A stretch of DNA of 36,590 bases from a virus (lineage: Duplodnaviria > Caudoviricetes). The position numbers were made by a program, and so were the translations under genes. This document shows, in pieces, positions 1 through 9,791 of this stretch (position 1 is its first letter; every line of letters starts with the position of its first letter). Under the pieces are notes generated by a model. That model ran no database searches. It was not told the DNA's origin and was given only the letters and a program-made list of their open reading frames with translations. The stretch covers positions 1 to 36,590 of the IMG/VR virus record IMGVR_UViG_3300026026_000165. One strand, written 5' to 3'.

Positions 1-363
1 GTAAGATCAGCAGAAAAAACAGAACAGGCAGAATTGACAAGCGCAGGAGCAGTAACAACTTATAGATTGACAATTCTTGCCAGAGTAACATCAGGCGGGA
101 AATGGTGTCCATATGCTTCGAATGATAGTCCATCAGGCGCAAATGTTCCTAGAGGAATTTCATTAAGCGAAGTTGTAGCAGATGGCGCAGGTGATGATCC
201 GGTAGGTGTTCTCATAAAAGGCGAAGTCGAAGAAGAGAAAATTCGTATTTATGGTGGGAATGCCGGCGAAAATATTACCGAAGCAATTAAAGATTATCTC
301 AAAGCAGCGGGAATTTATGTCGTTTCAAGAAGTGATAAAAACATTCTCGACACATTAACTTAA
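1..363 (+). CDS. Head decoration protein (lambda gpD-like), 5' truncated by window
   Basis: Frame is open from base 1, so the TTG at 34 is probably not the real start. TILAR..SGGKW.PY...P.GI pattern; lies directly upstream of a gpE-like capsid gene. Confidence 0.7.
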   Translation, partial: VRSAEKTEQAELTSAGAVTTYRLTILARVTSGGKWCPYASNDSPSGANVPRGISLSEVVADGAGDDPVGVLIKGEVEEEKIRIYGGNAGENITEAIKDYLKAAGIYVVSRSDKNILDTLT

Positions 364-379
364 AAGGAAGGTAAAAAAT

Positions 380-1483
380 ATGGCAGTTAATTATAGAACC
401 GCTTACCTCGAAGCGTATAAAGAGGAAAAAACATTTATCCCCTTTTTGTCATCATTTTTCAGAACTCGACCTTCCGATATAAGGGATGCCGAATCCGTAA
501 AAATTGATGTTCAGAGAGGTACTAGGTATATTGCTCCCGTTATTTCGAATTTTGTTCAACATGGGTCAAAAATTAAACGAAGTCAATACACATCAAAAGA
601 ATATACTCCGCCCGTGGTTGCATTGCAATCTGATTTTGCAGCCGGCGATTTAATTTCAAAAGCATTTGGCAAATCGGAATATGAAACCGAACAAATGGGA
701 TATATGCAGCAATTGCAGAATAATATCATGGATGTTATGGTGGAAATTGAGAATGAAATCAATAGACATATTGAATATCAAGCAGCTCAAGTTCTTCAAA
801 CGGCATCAGGTATTACTTTGTATGATGAAAATTGTGTAGCAGCATATACAATCGATTTTTTGACAAAAGCAAGTCATTTTCCACTAGTTTCTATTGACTG
901 GGAAGATGAAGATTCAGACCCCGATTCCGATATTTACTCGCTTTATCGTGTAATCAAACAGGATTCCGGCGCAGATGCCAGAAACGTTATTTTTGGAAAA
1001 GATGCATTAAGAAATTATCTTCGGAATGCAAAAATTCAAGACAAATTTGATATAAGAAATTATGCGCCCGGGACCGTAAATCCACAGGATCAAAGTCCGG
1101 ATGCTGTTTTTCTGGGTGAAATTCTTATTGAAAATAAACGGTTCAGATGTTGGTCATACGAAGGCGAATATGTTGATCCATCTGATTCATCGAGTCCAGC
1201 AACATTACCATTTGTAGGTGATGATAAAGTAATCCTTATACCGGATGCAGGATCAATGAATATGGATTTGAGAAGAGTTTATTGTAATGCTCCGAGCATT
1301 GGTAAATTACTCGGTCAGGACTTAGGGCTTTTGCCAGCAACAATAAATCTTGATAATAGAGCATATACAGGCCGTTCTTGGTATGATGATGATGGTGATC
1401 AGGCAATAATTGAAATCAAAACAAGACCTTTATTGATACCAGTAGCAATTGATTGTTTTGGATGTATTGATACAGAGGCATAA
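380..1483 (+). CDS. Major capsid protein, lambda gpE-like (Phage_cap_E)
   Basis: 367 aa; FLSSFF..., VKIDVQRG.R.IAPV, IEYQAAQVLQT and C-terminal TRPLLIP motifs typical of the gpE family; AAGGAAGG RBS. Confidence 0.85.
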   Translation: MAVNYRTAYLEAYKEEKTFIPFLSSFFRTRPSDIRDAESVKIDVQRGTRYIAPVISNFVQHGSKIKRSQYTSKEYTPPVVALQSDFAAGDLISKAFGKSEYETEQMGYMQQLQNNIMDVMVEIENEINRHIEYQAAQVLQTASGITLYDENCVAAYTIDFLTKASHFPLVSIDWEDEDSDPDSDIYSLYRVIKQDSGADARNVIFGKDALRNYLRNAKIQDKFDIRNYAPGTVNPQDQSPDAVFLGEILIENKRFRCWSYEGEYVDPSDSSSPATLPFVGDDKVILIPDAGSMNMDLRRVYCNAPSIGKLLGQDLGLLPATINLDNRAYTGRSWYDDDGDQAIIEIKTRPLLIPVAIDCFGCIDTEA

Positions 1484-1495
1484 AATATTAAATTT

Positions 1496-1521
1496 AAACC
1501 AGTTTTAATTAACTGGTTTTT
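1496..1521 (+). terminator. Intrinsic terminator after the capsid gene
   Basis: AAACCAGTT-ttaatt-AACTGGTTT hairpin running into a T tract. Confidence 0.7.
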
Positions 1522-1550
1522 GTTGAATATTTTAAAAACGGAGGAATTTC

Positions 1551-1898
1551 ATGGATGAACAAATTTATATCGTTGCACCACATAGATCAATAAGTACAAA
1601 AGTTGGTATTAAAGAACCAGGAAAATCAATTACAAGAAAAGAATGCGGGAAAAATTTTGAAAAATTTTTAGGCATTGGTTGGATTGTTAAAAAAGATTCA
1701 ATTGATTTATCCAAGGAAAAAGATATTGAACTTTCAAAGGCAGATGAAAAAGAAGAAGAAAAAATCATTGAAAAAATGGAAATTAAAATATCAAAAAAAG
1801 AAAATAAAAAAGGTAAATCTGTAAATCCTTTTGGTATATCAAAAAAAGAAGAAAATACAGAGGATAAAAATGAATCTGATCCAGCAAGCGGAGAATGA
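1551..1898 (+). CDS. Hypothetical Lys/Glu-rich protein (post-capsid head accessory)
   Basis: GGAGG RBS; position after the capsid gene; low-complexity charged C-terminus. Confidence 0.6.
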   Translation: MDEQIYIVAPHRSISTKVGIKEPGKSITRKECGKNFEKFLGIGWIVKKDSIDLSKEKDIELSKADEKEEEKIIEKMEIKISKKENKKGKSVNPFGISKKEENTEDKNESDPASGE

Positions 1899-2238
1899 TT
1901 TATCATTTACACTTGAGGATAATGTCAACGGATTTGCAACTGAATTAACGTTAATTGATGGAATCCATGAATATCCGATAAAATGCCGTGTTAATGATAT
2001 AGGTTTTTTTCTCGATCAACAAACTGGAATCGGCGTAAATGGTCGTAGAGTTGAAATTGTAGTAAGAATTTCAAGCATTGATTCATTGGATATTCCGGGA
2101 AAAAACTGGAAATGTAATTATGCTGATACCAATGGCAAAATATGGACGGCAAGCGTTTTTGAATGCACCCCCGATCGCACACGTGGAATTTATAATATTG
2201 GGCTTGAGGCTTTGAAAAAATATGATAGCACAAATTAA
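1870..2238 (+). CDS. Putative head-tail joining / head closure protein
   Basis: Likely start is the ATG at 1870 (MNLIQQAENDL) after AGAGGA; beta-rich protein of about 120 aa between capsid and tail genes. Confidence 0.55.
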   Translation: MNLIQQAENDLSFTLEDNVNGFATELTLIDGIHEYPIKCRVNDIGFFLDQQTGIGVNGRRVEIVVRISSIDSLDIPGKNWKCNYADTNGKIWTASVFECTPDRTRGIYNIGLEALKKYDSTN

Positions 2239-2923
2239 ATCGCTCATTGAAAAACAGGATACAAATGAAATAATCAGGGATCAGATCGCAGCAATTTTGA
2301 CTATAGAAATTGCAAATCAGGAATATTTAGCAAAAACCGCTAATAAAGATCAAAGTAATTTTTCGGCTGATGTCTATATTGAAAGATCCCGTGCATGGCA
2401 AGTGATGACTTCTGAAGACGATGGAGAAGAAACAGGCGATTTTATAAGCGGTTTGATAAATGTTTGTTTTGATAATGATGTTTTTGATAACAAAAATAGC
2501 AATAATATTGAAAGGCAGCGTGCGATTGGTACTTTTTTTATAGATTGTTATGGTCATAAAAATAAAACTGAAGATCGTGATGGAAATACAATTGAAGGCG
2601 ATGAATTATCATCGAAAGAATCGGACCGAATAGCCAGACTTGCAAGAAATATAATAATGTCAGGTCCTTATACATATTTAGGATTTGTTCAGCATGGTGG
2701 ACTGGTTGCCAGGAGATATATAAATAAACGTGAGAAATTTTTACCGACAATTGATAATAAAGCATATGAAAATGTAATTGGTACTAGACTGACATTACAA
2801 GTTGAATATGATGAATTAAGTTATCAGGCAACAGGTGAAAATTTAGAATTACTGATAAATACTTGTGAAATTGGCGAGGATGGATTAGTTTCAATGATAC
2901 AAGAATTTGATTTAACGGAATAA
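2222..2923 (+). CDS. Putative tail completion / neck protein
   Basis: 233 aa immediately upstream of the sheath; EIIRDQIAAIL N-terminal helix. Positional call. Confidence 0.55.
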   Translation: MIAQIKSLIEKQDTNEIIRDQIAAILTIEIANQEYLAKTANKDQSNFSADVYIERSRAWQVMTSEDDGEETGDFISGLINVCFDNDVFDNKNSNNIERQRAIGTFFIDCYGHKNKTEDRDGNTIEGDELSSKESDRIARLARNIIMSGPYTYLGFVQHGGLVARRYINKREKFLPTIDNKAYENVIGTRLTLQVEYDELSYQATGENLELLINTCEIGEDGLVSMIQEFDLTE

Positions 2924-2935
2924 TGGAGGGATATT

Positions 2936-4408
2936 ATGGGATTAAGTGCAAGTGCGATAGCGAGGGTGACTGGTGTAGCCGTTGCCTATAGAAATTTTAA
3001 TGTAGGAAAAGCTCAAAAATTGCCGCAAAGATTGGCAGTAATAGGGCAGGGGTGTACATTATCAACATACGCCGAAGATAAAGTTGTCGGGTTATCATCG
3101 GCGCAGATCGGAGGATTATTCGGTTATGGATCACCTTTACATCTTGCTGCAAGGCAATTATTCCCGGATAATGGCGATGGAATTGGCGGAATTCCAGTAA
3201 CATTTTACCCATTAACCGATGATCCTTCAGGAGTTGCCGCAGACGGTTCAATTGATTGTATTGATATTGCAACGGAAACGGCAAGTTTTAAAATCAAAAT
3301 CGGTGGTATTGAAACTGGAAATATTACGATTCTCGAAGACGATACGGCGGCAGTAGCGCTTGGGAAAATAAAAACCGCAATAAATGCAGTTTCAGCGATG
3401 CCAGTAATAGCCGGGACAGTCGGAGCGGGAATATTGCCATTAACAGCAAAATGGAAGGGCGCAAGTGGCAATGATATTTCAATTGATATTTCAGAAGTTG
3501 ATGTTGCTGGATTGACTTTTTCATCAGTTGCAATGGCTAATGGTCTTGCAAATCCGGATGTTGAAGATGCGTTATTATTGATCGGCGAAATATGGGAAAC
3601 GATGATATTGAACTGTTTGAATTATAATGATACCACAGCTCTTGATTCGTATAGTACTTATAATGAAGGAAGATGGGATCCATTAAGCAAAAAACCATTA
3701 TTAGTTGCTTCAGGATGCACAAAAGATTTTGCAACAAGAACAGCAATAACAGATGCAAGAAAAGAAGATCGTACGAATTTCTTGATTGTTTCAGTTGATT
3801 CTCTTGAATTACCGTTTTGTGTTGCTGCTCGTGGGCTCGCAAAAGACATTATGCCAACTGCAAATGATAATCCGGCTCAAAATTATAAGGGTAAATTAAC
3901 AGGATTAACTACAGGCGAAGATCTTGATCAAGAAGATTATACAGTCAGAAATAATGCTTCAAAACTCGGATCCAGTACAAATATAAAAACTGGTTCAGTT
4001 GCTGAACTTGCAGATATTATAACAATGTATCATCCGGCAGAATATGGCGATTATCCGCCGTTCAAATATGTAGTCGACATCGTGAAACTTCAAAATATTA
4101 TATATAATGTCAGACTTATTTTTGAATCGGATGACTGGAAGGGGTGCCCATTACTCGATGATGCGACTCCGACTACAAATCCGACTGCAAAAAAGCCAAA
4201 AAATGCAGTAACAGCATTAAAAAATTTAGCGGATAACCTGGGTCTTGAAGCGCTTATTTCAGATGTTGCATATACAAAAGCGAATATTTCAGCTGCTATT
4301 GATGGGAATAATCCAAAGAGATTAAATACCTCATTTCCTGTTAAAGTCAGTGGAAATATTGAAGTTTCAAACAATGATATTTATTTCGGATTTTATTTAG
4401 GTCAATAG
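2936..4408 (+). CDS. Contractile tail sheath protein (Mu gpL-like)
   Basis: 490 aa; QRLAVIGQ, FGYGSPLHL, LTAKWKGASGN and C-terminal D.NNPKRLN motifs; GGAGG RBS. Confidence 0.9.
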   Translation: MGLSASAIARVTGVAVAYRNFNVGKAQKLPQRLAVIGQGCTLSTYAEDKVVGLSSAQIGGLFGYGSPLHLAARQLFPDNGDGIGGIPVTFYPLTDDPSGVAADGSIDCIDIATETASFKIKIGGIETGNITILEDDTAAVALGKIKTAINAVSAMPVIAGTVGAGILPLTAKWKGASGNDISIDISEVDVAGLTFSSVAMANGLANPDVEDALLLIGEIWETMILNCLNYNDTTALDSYSTYNEGRWDPLSKKPLLVASGCTKDFATRTAITDARKEDRTNFLIVSVDSLELPFCVAARGLAKDIMPTANDNPAQNYKGKLTGLTTGEDLDQEDYTVRNNASKLGSSTNIKTGSVAELADIITMYHPAEYGDYPPFKYVVDIVKLQNIIYNVRLIFESDDWKGCPLLDDATPTTNPTAKKPKNAVTALKNLADNLGLEALISDVAYTKANISAAIDGNNPKRLNTSFPVKVSGNIEVSNNDIYFGFYLGQ

Positions 4409-4417
4409 GAGGACAAA

Positions 4418-4795
4418 ATGGCACAGGGCGGGACAGTAGAATCAATTAGTATAGATGGAAGAAGATTTGTAGTTGACGGTGAAGCCGATGTAAATCTAAA
4501 AATCGGTGGATATAAAAACGATGTAAAACCGAATGGAGATGGATCAGTGAGATTATTAAAAACTCCATTTCCTGGAACTATCGACAGTGCACCAGTTCAA
4601 ATTGATACTGATAATAGTGATTTTGAATTTTTACAGGAAAAGGCTAACGGATCAAGTTTTTTTGATGTTGATGTAACATTAGTTGACGGGAAAGTTTATT
4701 CCGGAAAAATGCAATTAGTTGATGAGATTAAATATTCAACAAAAGAAGCAACGGCGGAAATATCGCTTGCAGGTAAATTATTGGAAAAACAATAA
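4418..4795 (+). CDS. Tail tube protein (Mu gpM-like)
   Basis: 125 aa directly after the sheath; ISIDG...GGY.N and VTLVDGKVYSG motifs; AGGAGG RBS. Confidence 0.8.
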   Translation: MAQGGTVESISIDGRRFVVDGEADVNLKIGGYKNDVKPNGDGSVRLLKTPFPGTIDSAPVQIDTDNSDFEFLQEKANGSSFFDVDVTLVDGKVYSGKMQLVDEIKYSTKEATAEISLAGKLLEKQ

Positions 4796-4823
4796 TATTT
4801 TTTTATAAAAGGAGTAAAAATTT

Positions 4824-5279
4824 ATGGGAATATTTGACAAAAAAGAAGAAGAAAATCAGGTTAAAAAACCAGAAGTAATTGATATTGAAACTTCGACTGC
4901 AGAGTTTGATAGATTTTGCGAAGAATGGGAAATTGAAAACGATATTACATCCATGGCAGAAGATGAAAGAATTGATTTTAAAAAACTTAAAGATCAATTT
5001 ATATCCGCGGTAAAAAAAGGCAGGCTGTCAGTCAATAATGATGGTACTTTGCGTTATGATTTTTCAGACAAATCTCCTGGAAAAGAACCAATCACAATAA
5101 AAAGACCATCTGGATCTTCTTATATGGAAATGGACAAATACAAAGAACAACAGGGCGTTCATAAAACTTATGCGGTTCTTGGAGCAATGACAAAACATGC
5201 GCCGGCATATTTTTCTGATATCGATGGTATTGATTTAAAACCATTGCAGGCGATTATAACGCTTTTTCTCGCTGGGTAG
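4824..5279 (+). CDS. Tail assembly chaperone (gpG-like)
   Basis: Between tube and tape measure; ITIKRP...IDGIDL..L...ITLFL C-terminus; AAGGAG RBS. Confidence 0.8.
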   Translation: MGIFDKKEEENQVKKPEVIDIETSTAEFDRFCEEWEIENDITSMAEDERIDFKKLKDQFISAVKKGRLSVNNDGTLRYDFSDKSPGKEPITIKRPSGSSYMEMDKYKEQQGVHKTYAVLGAMTKHAPAYFSDIDGIDLKPLQAIITLFLAG

Positions 5280-5500
5280 TTTCTCGAATTGCATCGGAGG
5301 GGACGGATAAAAAGATTTGCGGAATCGGAGGGATAACTACCCAGATATTACAAATATGCTCGGATTATTCGGGATTGCCGGATATAAGAACACTTGAATT
5401 ACATGAAATAAGATTTTTTTATAATCCACTAATTCCGGGATTAATTGAACAGCAAAAATCCATAAAAAGCACACCGAAAAGAGGACGGAAAAAGGAATGA
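5234..5500 (+). CDS. -1 frame extension of the tail chaperone (gpGT-like), not in ORF track
   Basis: -1 frame open 5234-5500 with no ATG, encoding ...QILQICSDYSGLPDIRTLELHEIRFFYNPLIPGL...; its TGA overlaps the tape measure ATG. Confidence 0.7.
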   Translation, partial: FKTIAGDYNAFSRWVVSRIASEGTDKKICGIGGITTQILQICSDYSGLPDIRTLELHEIRFFYNPLIPGLIEQQKSIKSTPKRGRKKE

Positions 5501-7311
5501 CAAAATATTCCATCGAGGCAGTATTTCGAGCAATTGATCAATTTACAGCACCTCTTCAAAAAATGGCGACCTCATCAAAATTATTTTCAGGAACATTAAA
5601 AAGAGATTTCGCAAAAGCACAAAGAGAAGCAGATAGATTTGTTAATAATTTTTCTCAAACAGTAAGAAATGGTGTTTTTATTGGTGTTGGATTACTTGCG
5701 GCCGGGGCTGGATATGCAATAAAAGAAGGAATTAAATTAGCATCAGATCTTGTTGAAGTTCAAAACGTAGTTGATACTACATTTCAGGGAAGCAATGTTA
5801 TAATTAATCAATGGTCAAAAAATGCTATATCAAAATTTGGATTATCTGAATTACAGGCAAAACAATTTAATGGAACGATGGGAGCTATGTTAAAATCTTC
5901 TGGATTGTCAGGAGATGCAATTGTAAAATTATCAACTGATATGGTTGGTCTTGCCGGAGATTTTGCGAGTTTTTATAATCTTGACGCTGAAACGGCATTT
6001 CAAAAGATTCGTTCAGGAATTTCAGGCGAGACAGAACCATTAAAACAACTCGGTATAAATATGTCGGAAACAAATCTGCAAGCATTTGCATTATCAGAGG
6101 GAATAACAAAAAATTGGAAATCGATGACTCAAGCAGATAAAGTAATGGTAAGATATAATTATTTGATGAAAATGTCAAAAGATGCTCAAGGTGATTTTGC
6201 GAAGACTTTAGCTACTTCATGGGCGAATCAAGAAAGAGTTTTAAAAACAAAATTTGCTCAAAAATTAGCAGAATCTATGTCAAAATTATTGCCAATACTT
6301 ATTGAGGGCGGAAAATGGCTTAATAATTTGATTGATCAATTTGATGCGGCTAAATTTGCAGATGATATTGAAAAACTTGTTAAATCATTATTTGGATTTT
6401 TTAAGAATATTATAGTAATTTATAATATTATAAAACCGTTTATTCCATTGATATTATCATTTATTGCAGCAATGATTGTTTATAATAAAGTCATGCTTGC
6501 CGCCGCAATTATTCAAAATATATTCTCAAAAAAGTTAAATATTTATATAATTTTGATAGGAATATTAATATTTTTAATTTATTCAATTATGACAAACTGG
6601 AATAAGTTAAATACTACTCAAAAAACATTATTAATCATTTTAGGTTCAGTTATTGCAGCAATTGGTCTTTTAATTGGTATTGTTATGATAGTAAAAAATG
6701 CTTATCTTATTTGGACTGCCGTTCAATGGGCATTAAATATAGCCATGGATGCAAATCCTATAGGTTTAATTGTAATCGGAATTGCATTGTTAATTGCTGG
6801 CATTGTTTTATTGATTGTTTACTGGAAACAAATATCTACTGTAGTTATGGATTTTTATGAAAAACATAAAGTTTTATTTGCAATATTTATGCCGGGATTA
6901 TTTTTATTTATTGAAATATTAAAAATGATAGTTAAAAACTGGGATTTAATAAAATCGGCTGCAATGTCAGTATGGAATGTTGTATCCGGGTTTGTTATGG
7001 ACTCAATTTCTGGCTTTATGCAAATGGGGGCAATGATTTTCGATTTTTTGATTACTCCGTTACAAGGATTTTTAACATTATTATCAAAAATTCCAGGCAT
7101 GGAAGGATTAAGTAAAATCTCATTAGGTATTGAAAATGCAAAACAAGGATTATATCAAAATCCGTTGACCACTCGTGAAAGTATTTCTAAAACTGAAAAA
7201 ACTACAAAAGGTGAATTAACGATAACTGATAAATCCGGAAAAGCAAAATTAGAATCTCAAAAACAGAATTCAGGATATAAAATCAAGATGCAAAGTTCAG
7301 GAGCGTTTTAG
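5497..7311 (+). CDS. Tail tape measure protein
   Basis: 604 aa; AVFRAIDQFTAPL N-terminus, GETEPLKQLGI motif, ANPIGLIV...YW hydrophobic repeats. Confidence 0.9.
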   Translation: MTKYSIEAVFRAIDQFTAPLQKMATSSKLFSGTLKRDFAKAQREADRFVNNFSQTVRNGVFIGVGLLAAGAGYAIKEGIKLASDLVEVQNVVDTTFQGSNVIINQWSKNAISKFGLSELQAKQFNGTMGAMLKSSGLSGDAIVKLSTDMVGLAGDFASFYNLDAETAFQKIRSGISGETEPLKQLGINMSETNLQAFALSEGITKNWKSMTQADKVMVRYNYLMKMSKDAQGDFAKTLATSWANQERVLKTKFAQKLAESMSKLLPILIEGGKWLNNLIDQFDAAKFADDIEKLVKSLFGFFKNIIVIYNIIKPFIPLILSFIAAMIVYNKVMLAAAIIQNIFSKKLNIYIILIGILIFLIYSIMTNWNKLNTTQKTLLIILGSVIAAIGLLIGIVMIVKNAYLIWTAVQWALNIAMDANPIGLIVIGIALLIAGIVLLIVYWKQISTVVMDFYEKHKVLFAIFMPGLFLFIEILKMIVKNWDLIKSAAMSVWNVVSGFVMDSISGFMQMGAMIFDFLITPLQGFLTLLSKIPGMEGLSKISLGIENAKQGLYQNPLTTRESISKTEKTTKGELTITDKSGKAKLESQKQNSGYKIKMQSSGAF

Positions 7312-7312
7312 T

Positions 7313-8542
7313 ATGGCATGGCCGGATGATATACAAGAAGTCAAATATACATCGCCATCTGGAAAAGAATTCACTTTTCTTTATGAAAATACAGAAATTT
7401 CAGTTGATAAAAAAACAGCGGAATTTATATTTCCCGAAGTTAATGGTGCTTTCATTCAGGATTTAGGAATTGCGGGCAGAAAATTTCCATTTACATTATT
7501 TTTTTCCGGTGAAGATTATAATACAATGGCAGATGATTTTCTTCTTGCACTTGAAGAAAAAGGAATAGGACAATTAAATCATCCATTATATGGAAATAGA
7601 ATTGTAGTACCAACTGGAACTATTACAAGACGTGATGATCTTATTTCCGGAGCAAATCAATCAGCGTTTTCAGTAACATTTTCAGAGACATTAAAAGATA
7701 TTTCATTTCCAGCAAGTACCGAAGATGTCAATACAAATATTTCAAATTTAGCAGATAATTTTCAGGGTTTAGCAGCCAGTCAATTTGCAGAAGATATTAT
7801 TTTAGAATCAACAGGCGATAACATTAACCTTCAAACAGCGATGCAACAACAATTGACAAAAGTAAATGAATCGTTGAAAAAAATTACTGCATATTCTGAA
7901 TCAATAAATGCAACATATCAACAAATAAAAACCAGTTATGAAAATAATATCGAAAATGTTTTTGATAACGCAGAAGAAGTGGCAAGACAGGAGATTATTT
8001 TAATCCGATTACCGAGTAAAACAAAAACTGATATAAAAACAAAAATTAAAAATTATGGTGATATTTTAACTCATTTATTTGATGATTTTGAACGAGCTGG
8101 AGTTTCTTTAGTAAATACATATTTTGAAACGAATAAAAATGCTATGTCTTGCATAGTTGCTTTAAATGAATCAGTTTTAATAAATGATTTTACAACAAGA
8201 AATGAAGCGGTTGAAACATCCGAAATGATACTTGATTTATACGATGATTTATTATTATTTCAGGATGAAAAAATAGATCAACTTGAAATTATTGATACTG
8301 GCGAGGGATATGATGTGCTTGCTCAATTAGTTAGCAAAGTGGCAGGATATTTAATATCATTGAGTTTTTCATTGCCGAGTGCAAAAAAAATAATACTTGG
8401 TGAGGAAAGAAATTGTATTGAATTATGCGCTGAATTATATCAAGATTTAGAGAAATTGGATTATTTTATTGAAACAAATGATTTAACGGCTGACGAAATT
8501 GAAATATTACCCATAGGGAAGGAAATAGTTTATTATGAGTAA
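7313..8542 (+). CDS. DNA circularization / baseplate protein (Mu gpN-like)
   Basis: FIQDLG..GRKF, G.G.L.HP.YG and FSVTFSET motifs; LysM-like C-terminus. Confidence 0.8.
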   Translation: MAWPDDIQEVKYTSPSGKEFTFLYENTEISVDKKTAEFIFPEVNGAFIQDLGIAGRKFPFTLFFSGEDYNTMADDFLLALEEKGIGQLNHPLYGNRIVVPTGTITRRDDLISGANQSAFSVTFSETLKDISFPASTEDVNTNISNLADNFQGLAASQFAEDIILESTGDNINLQTAMQQQLTKVNESLKKITAYSESINATYQQIKTSYENNIENVFDNAEEVARQEIILIRLPSKTKTDIKTKIKNYGDILTHLFDDFERAGVSLVNTYFETNKNAMSCIVALNESVLINDFTTRNEAVETSEMILDLYDDLLLFQDEKIDQLEIIDTGEGYDVLAQLVSKVAGYLISLSFSLPSAKKIILGEERNCIELCAELYQDLEKLDYFIETNDLTADEIEILPIGKEIVYYE

Positions 8543-9791
8543 AACATATGCTGTAAAAAAAGGTGATATGCTCGGCAATATTTCTATTTCTTTTTATGGC
8601 ACCTTTTCAAAATGGACAAAAATAAGAACTGCTAATCCTCAAATTGAAGGCAGAGGAAAAGCGATTGATGGATCACCGTTAATTTTTCCTGGAGATATTT
8701 TAATAATTCCAGATGATTTAGAATTAAAACCGGCATCAACAACTACAACTATAAATGCCAAATCTGATGAATTAACGATTATAATAGAAGGGAATAAATT
8801 TTCATATTTTACAGATTATACATTAAAACAATCTATGGACAGTTTTGATTCTTTTGGTTTTTCAGCTCCATTTGATCCTGATATTCAGATTTATAGGGAA
8901 TCATTTAGACCTTTTTCATATAAACCTTGTCAAGTTTATTATGCAGGTAATTTATTTTTTTCTGGAATATTACTTGCTCCTCAAGCAGATGGGAAAGATA
9001 TAAAGATATCTGGTTATCCAAAATGCGGAGTTTTAGTTGATTGCCAAGTGCCTATTACAAAATATCCATTGGAATTTAATAATCAGGATTTAAAAAAAAT
9101 ATCTGAAAATATAGCAAGTGCATATAATATCAATGTAAATTTTTCAGAATCTTCAGGAAGTATTTTTCCAAAAGTAGCAATTGAACCTGAACAAAATATT
9201 ATGGATTTTTTAATCGGCCTTGCAAATCAAATAATGTTTTTGATTACAAATAACGCACAAGGTGATTTATTATTCTGGAAAACTCAAAAAGGATCTTCAG
9301 TTGCAAATATAAAAGAAGGGGATATACCATATATTTCATGCAGACCGACTTTTAATTATCAGGAATATTATTCACATATAATAGGGTTGAAAAAAGCAGA
9401 TAGTAAAACAAAAGCTGAAAAATATGTCTGGGAAAATAAATTTTTAATATCAAAAGGAATTTTACGAAGTCATACATTTTTAGCCTCGGATGCTGAATCA
9501 GGTGATTTAAAAACCGCCGTTATGGCAAAAGCAGGACGAATGTTTGCAAGTTCATGTTCATATCAATTAACTTTACAAGGTTTAAAAAATCAAAATAAAG
9601 AATTATGGGCGAAAAATACTTTAATAAATGTTTTATCAAAAGAAGCGATGATTTATAAAGATACTCAATTTTTAATTAAAAATGCTGAAATTAGTAGAAG
9701 TTCAGATAAAGGAGATTCTACAGTTTTAGATTTAGTTTTGCCAGGATCATTTAGCGGTGAAATTCCGGAGGCCTTGCCGTGGGAAGAATAG
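8535..9791 (+). CDS. Baseplate hub protein (Mu gp44/gpP-like) with N-terminal LysM
   Basis: YAVKKGDML..IS..FYG...W.KI..AN...LIFPGDILIIP LysM; G.LVDC and ITNNAQGDLLF hub motifs. Confidence 0.8.
   Translation: MSKTYAVKKGDMLGNISISFYGTFSKWTKIRTANPQIEGRGKAIDGSPLIFPGDILIIPDDLELKPASTTTTINAKSDELTIIIEGNKFSYFTDYTLKQSMDSFDSFGFSAPFDPDIQIYRESFRPFSYKPCQVYYAGNLFFSGILLAPQADGKDIKISGYPKCGVLVDCQVPITKYPLEFNNQDLKKISENIASAYNINVNFSESSGSIFPKVAIEPEQNIMDFLIGLANQIMFLITNNAQGDLLFWKTQKGSSVANIKEGDIPYISCRPTFNYQEYYSHIIGLKKADSKTKAEKYVWENKFLISKGILRSHTFLASDAESGDLKTAVMAKAGRMFASSCSYQLTLQGLKNQNKELWAKNTLINVLSKEAMIYKDTQFLIKNAEISRSSDKGDSTVLDLVLPGSFSGEIPEALPWEE

Noticed and set aside
1565-1906. Antisense ORF and the other shadow ORFs opposite real genes (e.g. 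2997-4374, 5885-7100, 15000-16242, 28225-29982, 31025-32623)
   Set aside because: They lie wholly or largely opposite, or out of frame within, well-supported genes; no RBS or motifs; composition mirrors the sense strand.
5277-5336. TAG readthrough or alternative genetic code
   Set aside because: An in-frame TAA follows at 5334. Genes ending in TAG or TGA are full-length and followed by the next RBS, and coding density is high with the standard code.
6400-7100. Separate multi-pass membrane protein or transporter domain
   Set aside because: Hydrophobic helical repeats with periodic Trp are normal for tape measure proteins.
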